DNA of 19,710 nt from Macrostomum lignano (taxonomy: Eukaryota). Under the pieces are notes generated by a model. That model saw only the letters and a list, made by a program, of their open reading frames with translations, did not search any database and was not told the origin of the DNA. The stretch's first letter is position 1. The number at the start of each line of letters is the position of its first letter. Shown here one piece after another: positions 1 to 7,916 of this stretch. The translations under genes were made by a program, and so were the position numbers. The stretch is from NCBI GenBank assembly GCA_002269645.1, contig NIVC01005229.1, forward strand, positions 1-19,710. The letters run 5' to 3'.

Positions 1-320
1 ATTAAATAGAAAGTGAAGATAATGAAGAGAAATCACTAATCGCTAATCCCAAAGTACTTTTAGGGGTAAAACGCATAGCTGTCAAAGCTGTCACACGCTT
101 GAGTGAACCCGACAATGGCTCTGACCTCACAAATCTTGATGGCCTGTCAAAATATGATGAAAAAAGCTTGCCATTCGCATCCCCTCAGGCCATCTGGCGC
201 CAGCCTCAACACTGAGTGAGGCGCAGGTGGCTGTCAGACAAACTTTGAAAGCGATGATTTACGACCCAAAAAGCTGCGCCTATGTTATTATGACTACTAG
301 TATGACCAAACATTATATCT

Positions 321-327
321 AGTTATA
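321..327 (+). other. Left copy of an imperfect target-site duplication (AGTTATA)
   Basis: Differs from right flank AGTATA (16339-16344) by one T. Polinton integrases make 6-bp TSDs. Confidence 0.55.
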
Positions 328-557
328 AGTAGTAGAGGATAACACAACTCTGCCGCAGGAAAGCCACGGAAATTCCGTGGGGCCCGGATCAGAAGGGCGC
401 GCTATGTGTTTGCATAGCTCAACTCTGCCGCAGGCAAAGCCACGGAAATTCCGTGGGCCCGGATCAGAAGGGCGCCTATGTGTTTGCATAGCTCAACTCT
501 GCCGCAGGCAAAGCCATGGGAATTCCGTAGACTCCTAATGAGAGTACATAGGCACCT
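328..557 (+). repeat. Left terminal inverted repeat (230 bp): two full 74-75 bp subrepeats plus a partial third
   Basis: Reverse complement of 16184-16338 except for one extra unit and small indels. Units start at 345, 420 and 494 with CAACTCTGCCGCAGG. Confidence 0.95.
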
Positions 558-846
558 CATGGGGGAATCCACAAGTATGCACAGAGGCGAGCTAGGGGAA
601 TCTCTAGAAATTGTGTTGAACGATTGGCAAATATCAGCGGTATTTTATTGTATTCAGTATTATACTAATACTTTATTATATAATTTTATCGGTAATAACA
701 AACTTCTGTAAACAAAAATAGTGGTAGCCAAGCCTCTCTCTCTCCGCTGTCTGGGAGCTGGCGGCGGCGGCGGCTTTGTTGCTGAAAGGAGAGAGTGCTC
801 AGTTATCAGTAGTTTTATTGCCACCCTCGACTGGGTGGGGTAAAGT

Positions 847-888
847 TGGCGGCGTATTCAAAAGAATTTAGCGGGCGTGCGGGAATTT
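847..888 (+). promoter_or_regulatory. Candidate CDE/CHR-like and E2F-like motifs upstream of ORF1
   Basis: TGGCGG (847-852), 4-nt spacer, TTCAAA (857-862, reverse CHR); TTTAGCGGG (868-875); GCGGGAAT (879-886). Short motifs, so chance occurrence is possible. Confidence 0.3.
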
Positions 889-964
889 AACAAGGGCTCA
901 ATACCTGGATGCGCTGATGAAATCATTGGACATTGGGTGGCTGACTGTAAACATAGCAAAGCTG

Positions 965-1020
965 AAAACATAGCGGCTATGTTTTTATTAACACAGATTT
1001 GGTTGAAGTGGGTATATAAG
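965..1020 (+). promoter_or_regulatory. Left promoter: palindrome plus TATA box
   Basis: Perfect palindrome AAAACATAGC-G-GCTATGTTTT (965-985). TATATAAG at 1013-1020, 75 nt before the ORF1 ATG. Confidence 0.6.
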
Positions 1021-1095
1021 AGGCTAAATATGTGCATATGAGAAGTTTAAATTTAAATTTTATTTTAAACTAAATTTCTCATAGATTTTTAAATA

Positions 1096-2064
1096 ATGAA
1101 TAAATCTCGGTGTCCATCCTACGTGCACGAGGTGTGCATCAGCTGCAATTCATGTGAGCTCGGTGGGTTAAAGCTCCATAACAAAAAAGACAGCTGCATT
1201 ATAAGTCGCTGGTTGCTTTGCCACGAGTGCCAGACAACTGAGCTGTTCAATGTGCGCCGCCAAGTTCGGGCCCATAAAAATCACACCATCATTAATTGGA
1301 GCTCGCCTGATAGCATCGAACGAGCCCGCTTTACTGTACTGGAGGCCGCCCACCGCCAGGAGCAACTCAACATGATCGAGCGTCATCGAGCCCCGGTCAG
1401 CACCCTGAGCCAGACGATTCAAGGTGTGCGAAATCAATCTGCAATAATTTCAACTACATGTACTTTTGATTTGATTTCCGTTGCACTTGCTGCTGCAGAT
1501 CAGCATCCAGCTGATGTTGCCAGCCTTCCTGGACCTGCCAGCGTCGACTATCCAGCTGCTGCTCCTGGACCTGCTGGCATCGACCATCAAGCTGCCAGCG
1601 TTGACGTTCCAGCGGCTGGTGCTCTCAGTCTTCAGACACCGGTAAATCGCCATGACGATGATGCTGCTGCCGCTGATTTTGTTGCTCCGCCAGAATTGGA
1701 CACGGCTTTCTTTGAGGAGCACGAGTTGGAGCCGGAGGAGACGAACGAAAAAGCCACGGTCGAGCAGCAGCCACCGCACAGGGCTGTTCCAGTCGCTGGA
1801 AAAAATATGGCTGGAATGATGGCGGATGCCAGCCTGTCTGATCTCCTACGAGATTTCGAACCTCATGCTACCCCACCGGTGGTACCAGAGTTTCCACAAT
1901 CAGCAGGAGTCGAACCTCATGCTACCCCACCGGTGGTTCAACAATCAGCAGGAGTCCAAGCCGCTGAACCGATGGCACCGTCAGTTTGCCTTCAATTCGT
2001 CCTACCGAGTAGCGTTGTGGGCGAGTACTCAATTGACTTTGGAGGGGGATCCGTATTCGCTTGA
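1096..2064 (+). CDS. Orphan 322-aa protein: Cys/His-rich N-terminus with LxCxE-like LLCHE, and an acidic Ala/Pro-rich low-complexity C-terminus
   Basis: Long ATG ORF with upstream TATA and downstream AATAAA (about 2382), GC-richer than its flanks. No family recognised. Confidence 0.75.
   Translation: MNKSRCPSYVHEVCISCNSCELGGLKLHNKKDSCIISRWLLCHECQTTELFNVRRQVRAHKNHTIINWSSPDSIERARFTVLEAAHRQEQLNMIERHRAPVSTLSQTIQGVRNQSAIISTTCTFDLISVALAAADQHPADVASLPGPASVDYPAAAPGPAGIDHQAASVDVPAAGALSLQTPVNRHDDDAAAADFVAPPELDTAFFEEHELEPEETNEKATVEQQPPHRAVPVAGKNMAGMMADASLSDLLRDFEPHATPPVVPEFPQSAGVEPHATPPVVQQSAGVQAAEPMAPSVCLQFVLPSSVVGEYSIDFGGGSVFA
1857..1956 (+). repeat. In-frame tandem duplication within ORF1 (EPHATPPVVPEFPQSAGV / EPHATPPVVQQSAGV)
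   Basis: CGAACCTCATGCTACCCCACCGGTGGT at 1857 and 1911; ACAATCAGCAGGAGTC is also repeated. Confidence 0.9.
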
Positions 2065-2837
2065 GTAACTCTTAATTTGCTTTAGCCTGGAGTATTTTGT
2101 TGGCAAGGGAAACGAATTTTTAGCACGCAAAAAAAGTTCTACAAAAATGAGTGGACTTTTGATAAGGGGAGGAGCTCTAAAAGAAGTTAAAAACTGCTTA
2201 AATTAAATTAATCTTTTCAGTGCATGTTACCTGTGATTTATCTCGTTGGGCTGGGCTAAGCAGTTTATCAAGCTGGAGGCTCTTTGATACCAATATTTAG
2301 TTATTAGGAGAGCAAGAATGTACATGGTAGCTTATAATGAATTATACTGCTTTCTATGCAGAAAGTTTGTAATTTAATGCTAAATAAAAGTTTCTTCTTC
2401 TAAATTATTTTCTTGCTACAAAGCCGTTTATACCAAATACACGTTGTTTTTGCATTGTTTTTTTCTCATAATAAACATTGAATTATTTTTAGAAAAAAAC
2501 GCAAACTAGACAGTAAAATAGCAAATCAACTCGTATCGGTGGATTTGATGCTAAAAGCTATCGCATCATGGCAACCTATTCGCATTACTCGACTATTAGT
2601 TTTGATTTTGAGGTTTTTACTATCCGCGGGCTGCTTTTCTATAGCTTGGTGCTCGTTGCTAAGTCTCAATATCGCGAATAGAATAAGAGCATCTTAACTA
2701 GATTCGATCTCTACTTTGCATTTTTCTTAATTATTCCTTTTTAAGCTAAGCATTGCCATTGGCCTTAAAATTGATCAATTCGAAGCTGGAAGCAGACAAA
2801 TCTGCATCAGCATTGCCTGGCAGCCGGCAGTCGCAAC

Positions 2838-2886
2838 ATGCAGGATCCTACAACATGTTCTAGGCGAAGAGCAGGTGAAGGAGCAG
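2838..2886 (+). CDS. Putative first coding exon of pPolB (MQDPTTCSRRRAGEGA/G)
   Basis: ATG at 2838 with A at -3. Consensus donor CAG|GTGAGT at 2886/2887. Phase 1 matches the acceptor TTTTAG|G at 3410/3411 in the pPolB frame. Confidence 0.45.
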
Positions 2887-3043
2887 GTGAGTTTTGCCAC
2901 TCTGTTAATGTAAAAAATCAATTATTTTCTTACCAATATTTGAAGTGGAAAAATTTTAAACCTTCAACTCGAAATGTGTAACTAATTCAGTTTTAATTAA
3001 TGCGTAATAACACCCGCCCACCCCGAGTCCGTACACCAACCCT

Positions 3044-3245
3044 GACTCTGCACATCCCCGTCCTCGACTCTGCACACCCCCTCCTCGACTCTTCACACCC
3101 CCTCCTCGACTCCGCACACCCCCTCCTCGACTCCGCACACCCCCTCCTCGACTCTGCACATCCCTTCTTCGACTCCGGACACCCCACCTCGACTCTGGAC
3201 ACCACACCTCGACTCTGGACACCCCACCTCGACTTCGCACACCTC
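3044..3245 (+). repeat. C-rich minisatellite, about 10 units of 20-22 bp (GACTCYGCACACCCCCTCCTC)
   Basis: Units start at 3044, 3066, 3087, 3108, 3129, 3150, 3171, 3191, 3211 and 3231. Confidence 0.95.
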
Positions 3246-3349
3246 TGCACACCTATATCGATTGTATACATCCAAAAACACCCTCCTCGATTCTGAATAC
3301 AGACATCGATTATTATGAATAGCTAATTGAGCTGGATTTATAAGCAATC

Positions 3350-6300
3350 ATGAGACTCTCAGTTTATGTTTCTCGATTTTCACTATCTTATCTCTCGATT
3401 TTATTTTTAGGGTCTTCATGTGTTATCTCCTTGGTGAACAGTGCCCACGATGATGTACTGCAGATTCATCGCTTCGCCCCAACAGCTGACATTGATCCAT
3501 TCGAGTTTCTAGACCTGGTCAAACATGCGGTTCTGCAGTATCTCGAAGTTCGTCTTGACTCCTTTGACAACTGTTCGCTAAGAGCACAAATTAAGCTAAA
3601 CGTGCGCATGATTCGGGTGCAGGCAGCAGAAGCAGTCAATGTTGAAAACAAATGGATGAGTACAAATCTTTGTATGCTGGTTGATGTGCAGGAATTTGAT
3701 GACTGGTGGAGGCAGCAATTTGCAGAGTTAGAGCAGAGAGTAGACGTGTACAACGCTAATGGCAGTGGATGGGCCATTGACAAAATAAATTTCTTCGACC
3801 TTTGCTCTGCCCTCGCTGTTCGAACTCCCTACTATTCGGGGCATGCGGCTGGGTTTAGTTTGCCGACTGCGCTTTTTCAAAAGAAGGCCGTCATTTCTCC
3901 TCCTAGCAGCGGTGAAAATTGCTTTGTTTACGCGTGCCTTGCCTTTCTTCACAAAGATCACTGCCGTATTAAGAAGTCAGCTCAACGAGAATCCTCGTAC
4001 ACCGAATGGCTAGATGAGATTAACATTACGGGACTGAGTCTGCCGATCAATTTGTACGATCTGTCTGCTGTCGAGGAATTAAATCCAACCCTTTGCTTCA
4101 CTGTTTTCACCTGGGAGAATGAAGCTGCTGAAGTCCTCCGACAGCCAAGCGCAGCTACCATGAGAGGACGAACAGTTGTCCTGCTGATGTTTCTTCCACC
4201 ATCCACGAACGAGAACTCAGCTGGTGGTCATTGGTGTGCTGTCTCGAACATCAACAGATTGCTGAACAGTAAAGCCCACCTGTACCAGCGAAAGTGGTGT
4301 GAGCGATGTCTGCTGTCATTTCACACTAGCAAGGCGTTCGATGAGCACTGTGAAGATATCTGTGAGCCTGGTGGGATTTTTGTTCAGGAAGAACTTCCGG
4401 ATGAAGATCACAATGTACTTCGGTTTACGGCGTGGGAAAAGACAATCAGCCCACCATTCATTGTGTACGCCGACTTCGAGGCATTGAATGCACCTCACAC
4501 AGGGCAGCAGACTGAAGCTGGTTCGAGCACTGTAAAGCTGACAGAGCATGTTGCCGTTGCTGCTGGTTACTTGGTGGTGCACCGAGCAGGCCTCACAGGG
4601 TTATCACCTATAGGAGTCGACAATGATGTTAACATATTTGTGAGTGAAAATCCGAAAAAGTGTGTTTCTGACTTCTTGCAGTCCCTTGAACAGCTAGCTC
4701 GAGAGGTTTATGGCTGGAACACGGAGTTCAGTCATCAGACGGCTATTAGAACGGAGGCTGCAAAGCAACGCTTCCGCGACGCTATATCGTGTCACTACTG
4801 CGGAAGCGGCTTTGATAGTGAAAGCGGAAAGCACTGGGATCATGATCACCTCAGTGGCGAATTCCGAGGTGCAGCCTGTGCTCAGTGCAACATGCAGGCT
4901 CGTCTAAAAAGGCGCTTTCTTCCTGTGGTTTTCCACAATCTAAAAGGCTATGACCTTCATCTCATTATGTCAACGGCTTTGGATCTCATGGATGGATGGA
5001 GGATTTCGGTTATTCCACAGAATCCTGAGCAGTTTGTTTCAATGAAAGTTGACTTCAAAATCGATGAGTACGAGAGGGGAGGAAAGACTAAGCCATTGTT
5101 CTTTACCATTCAATTCATTGATTCTAACCAATTTCTCAACGCCAGCTTGGCTCAGCTGATCAAGAACCTGCCAGAAGAAGAGTGCACCATCACTAGCCTG
5201 CTAAAAAGTAAGTTTCCACTGTTGTCTCCAGAAGTTTTATTCAGAAAATGCACTTTTCCGTACGACTACTTAACTAATTCAAATGTCCTTGAGGATACCG
5301 AGCTGCCAAGTAAAGAACAATTCTACAACGTTCTGACTAAAAGCCACTGCAGTGATGAGGATTACAGGCATGCACAGAAAGCATGGCATGAATTCCAAGT
5401 TAAAACGCTGAAAGAGTACATGCTATGCTACCTTGAGCTTGACATTCGGCAGCTCGCCGATGTCTTTGAAAATTTTCGCAAGCTCAGCCTTCGTGATGAT
5501 GGCCTTGATCCGGTGCATTTCGTTTCAACCCCGGGATTATCTTTTGCTTCAGCACTGAAGTCTCTCAAATCCAGAATCGAGCTGATTACGGATTCGCAAA
5601 TGTATGCAACATTCGAGCGCGGTATTCGCGGTGGCATGTCATTTGTGAACATACACAGAGTGTCAGCCAACTCTCCAGATATTAGAAAAAATTTGGAAGC
5701 AGCTGACAATCAGACTATCTGCAATGACAATGATGATGATGATGATGACTGTCACGACGAGGGCGCTGATCAAGCTGTTCCTACCGAGCTTCTAGCAGTA
5801 GATGCTAACAACCTTTACGGTCAAGCTCTTACCATGAACTTACCTGCAAATGGATTTCGCTGGCTTTCCGAAGATGAGCTACAGCTGTGGACCGAGGATC
5901 GTATCCGAGGGCTCAAAATCTCAGATCCAATTGCTTATCTGCTCGATGTCGATCTTCTATATCCAGCAGAGATACATTCCACCACTGAAGATTTGCCTTT
6001 TGCACCAGAAAAAGAAGCACCAAAATTCAAAGAATTTCCTGCCTACATGCAACAGCTTTGGAGGCAGATTACTGGAGACAAAGCAGCCTATCGTTCGGCA
6101 GAAAAACTTCTGCTCACCTGCCATGACAAGCAGAGTTATGTGCTTCATTCGGCTATCTTGGCATTCTACTTGAGCCATGGAATGAAAATCAAACGAATTA
6201 ATCGAATGATTGAGTACAAACAGGAGCCGATATTTGCTGACTATGTTAACATGAACAGCGTGAAAAGAGCTGCTGCGACAAACAGCTTCGAGAAAGACTA

Positions 6301-7183
6301 CTACAAACTAAAAAACAATGCGCTCTTCGGAAAAACAATGGAAAACGTGCGTAAGCGACGTGACATTCGGATTTGCACCAACACTGCAAAAGCAAAGGTG
6401 CTGGCTTCAAAACCATCCATTAAGAACTTTATCATAATTACCGACTCACTGAGCATAATTGAATTCCAGAAGACTAAGGTCAAGCTTGATCGTCCGATTT
6501 TTATTGGCCAGTGTGTTCTTGACTATTCGAAGCTAATCATGTACGAGTTATTCTACGACAAATTGAAGCCTTGGCTTGAGCAAGAGGGTGCCCGTGTTCG
6601 GCTCTGTGGTGGAGACACCGACTCGCTCTTTCTTTGCATTCAGAATATGGATGTGCAGTCGGAAGTTCTTCCACTGCTAAAAGCAAAGAAACTCCTTGAC
6701 ACTTCCAACTATTCACCTGAGCACCCGCTGTTCTCAAATGAATTGAAAGCTCGCCTCGGTTGCATCAAGGACGAAGGAGCTGGAGCTCGCTATCTCGAAT
6801 GGTTGCTTTTGAGACCAAAGCTGTATTCCTTTCTCGCTAGCACTGCAACTGCTGAAAAGAAAAAAGCCAAAGGCATTCAAGGATGTGTTGTCAAGAAGGA
6901 GATTGCGCATAGTGATTACTTGAGAGTCTTCAATGATCTGAGTAGCATGTCCGTCATCATCCACAGGATCGCTAGCATCCAACACAGGCTATTCACGCTG
7001 CAGCAGCGAAAGTGTGCCTTAAGCATTTGGGAGGACAAGCGCGCTTGGCTTGCACCGAACTACAGTCTCCCGTTTGGCCATTTTCAACTTCTTCATCCGG
7101 AGTCGTCGCAGCTGCAACAGCACGTGAATGCTACAGCCTCCCGAAAGCGGCGACGGGAAGAAGACTACGAATTTAATAAGTGA
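3350..7183 (+). CDS. pPolB: Protein-primed family B DNA polymerase with a C2H2-like finger and an embedded endonuclease VII/HNH-like domain
   Basis: ExoI YADFE, ExoII FHNLKGYD, ExoIII YLELD; polymerase motifs DANNLYG, KLKNNALFGK and GGDTDS; CHYC...DHDH...RGAACAQCN; C-terminal KRRR. The true N-terminus may be spliced. Confidence 0.97.
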   Translation: MRLSVYVSRFSLSYLSILFLGSSCVISLVNSAHDDVLQIHRFAPTADIDPFEFLDLVKHAVLQYLEVRLDSFDNCSLRAQIKLNVRMIRVQAAEAVNVENKWMSTNLCMLVDVQEFDDWWRQQFAELEQRVDVYNANGSGWAIDKINFFDLCSALAVRTPYYSGHAAGFSLPTALFQKKAVISPPSSGENCFVYACLAFLHKDHCRIKKSAQRESSYTEWLDEINITGLSLPINLYDLSAVEELNPTLCFTVFTWENEAAEVLRQPSAATMRGRTVVLLMFLPPSTNENSAGGHWCAVSNINRLLNSKAHLYQRKWCERCLLSFHTSKAFDEHCEDICEPGGIFVQEELPDEDHNVLRFTAWEKTISPPFIVYADFEALNAPHTGQQTEAGSSTVKLTEHVAVAAGYLVVHRAGLTGLSPIGVDNDVNIFVSENPKKCVSDFLQSLEQLAREVYGWNTEFSHQTAIRTEAAKQRFRDAISCHYCGSGFDSESGKHWDHDHLSGEFRGAACAQCNMQARLKRRFLPVVFHNLKGYDLHLIMSTALDLMDGWRISVIPQNPEQFVSMKVDFKIDEYERGGKTKPLFFTIQFIDSNQFLNASLAQLIKNLPEEECTITSLLKSKFPLLSPEVLFRKCTFPYDYLTNSNVLEDTELPSKEQFYNVLTKSHCSDEDYRHAQKAWHEFQVKTLKEYMLCYLELDIRQLADVFENFRKLSLRDDGLDPVHFVSTPGLSFASALKSLKSRIELITDSQMYATFERGIRGGMSFVNIHRVSANSPDIRKNLEAADNQTICNDNDDDDDDCHDEGADQAVPTELLAVDANNLYGQALTMNLPANGFRWLSEDELQLWTEDRIRGLKISDPIAYLLDVDLLYPAEIHSTTEDLPFAPEKEAPKFKEFPAYMQQLWRQITGDKAAYRSAEKLLLTCHDKQSYVLHSAILAFYLSHGMKIKRINRMIEYKQEPIFADYVNMNSVKRAAATNSFEKDYYKLKNNALFGKTMENVRKRRDIRICTNTAKAKVLASKPSIKNFIIITDSLSIIEFQKTKVKLDRPIFIGQCVLDYSKLIMYELFYDKLKPWLEQEGARVRLCGGDTDSLFLCIQNMDVQSEVLPLLKAKKLLDTSNYSPEHPLFSNELKARLGCIKDEGAGARYLEWLLLRPKLYSFLASTATAEKKKAKGIQGCVVKKEIAHSDYLRVFNDLSSMSVIIHRIASIQHRLFTLQQRKCALSIWEDKRAWLAPNYSLPFGHFQLLHPESSQLQQHVNATASRKRRREEDYEFNK

Positions 7184-7916
7184 CTGAGTATAACTTTTTA
7201 TCACACGGCCTCTACACATTTTATTCTGAATATTTAGTCTTTGGTTTCTTCAAACATATACTCGCCTTTATCCGTTTAAATTATATGCTGTCTCAATTTT
7301 GCTATCTCAGATAGAAGAAGTTGCAGCAATTTGCCTCCCCTGTTTCACCGTAATTTTAGTGTCTTTTTGAACTTTTTGTCTGAAGTCTTAATGCTAGCTA
7401 TTAATTTATTAGTAATTTTATTTCAGTACCTTGTAACTGCACGATTTCTACTCGTAATATTAAATTGCAAAGTCAGTAAATTTAATGTATTGAAATTTTT
7501 ATTGCTGAGTTTTATGTTCATTTATTAATTTTTTAACATGATGCTAAAACATTTCTTTGCATTGCTTTTGTTGAAATTTCTTGCCTATACTAGTAATTTT
7601 GCGGTCCAGTTACATGTATGAGTGTCAGTCGAGTTTGATTAATTAATTTCTTCATTCACGTGTATCAATCTAAGCAATTTCGCTTTTGGCAGAACCTTTT
7701 TGGAATGGGTTCTATGCCCTTTTCTGTTTTTGTGAGGGGAGAGATCTGATTACGCGTTTTAGCTCCCAGTTTTCAATTATTCTATGCTCATTTCACCTTT
7801 AATTTTTTAGTTAAAACTTATTTTTTAAAATAAAAATAAATAATTTAAAGATGCGGTTTTCCGTAATGAATTTACGCAAACATTCAAGAACAAACGGAAC
7901 ACACTTTTTGTTTATT
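7184..7916. terminator. AT-rich convergent 3' end / polyadenylation region between pPolB and the TBP-like gene
   Basis: AATAAA on + at 7835-7840. AATAAA on - at 7916-7911 contains the TBP-like stop codon. Confidence 0.55.

Noticed and set aside
345-557. Regularly spaced palindromic repeats resembling a CRISPR array
   Set aside because: Units are contiguous with no unique spacers, there are no cas genes, and they are part of the TIR.
478-711. 77-aa ORF starting in the left TIR
   Set aside because: Begins in repeat sequence, runs into AT-rich DNA and shows no protein-like signal.
2956-3347. Four overlapping ORFs with HPLLDSA, RRGCAES or GVRSRGG repeats
   Set aside because: All are readings of the minisatellite; 20-bp units break periodicity and several lack ATG starts.
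3466-7219. Many short antisense or off-frame ORFs within pPolB (and likewise within MCP, penton and integrase)
   Set aside because: Expected shadows of long coding sequences; no recognisable motifs.
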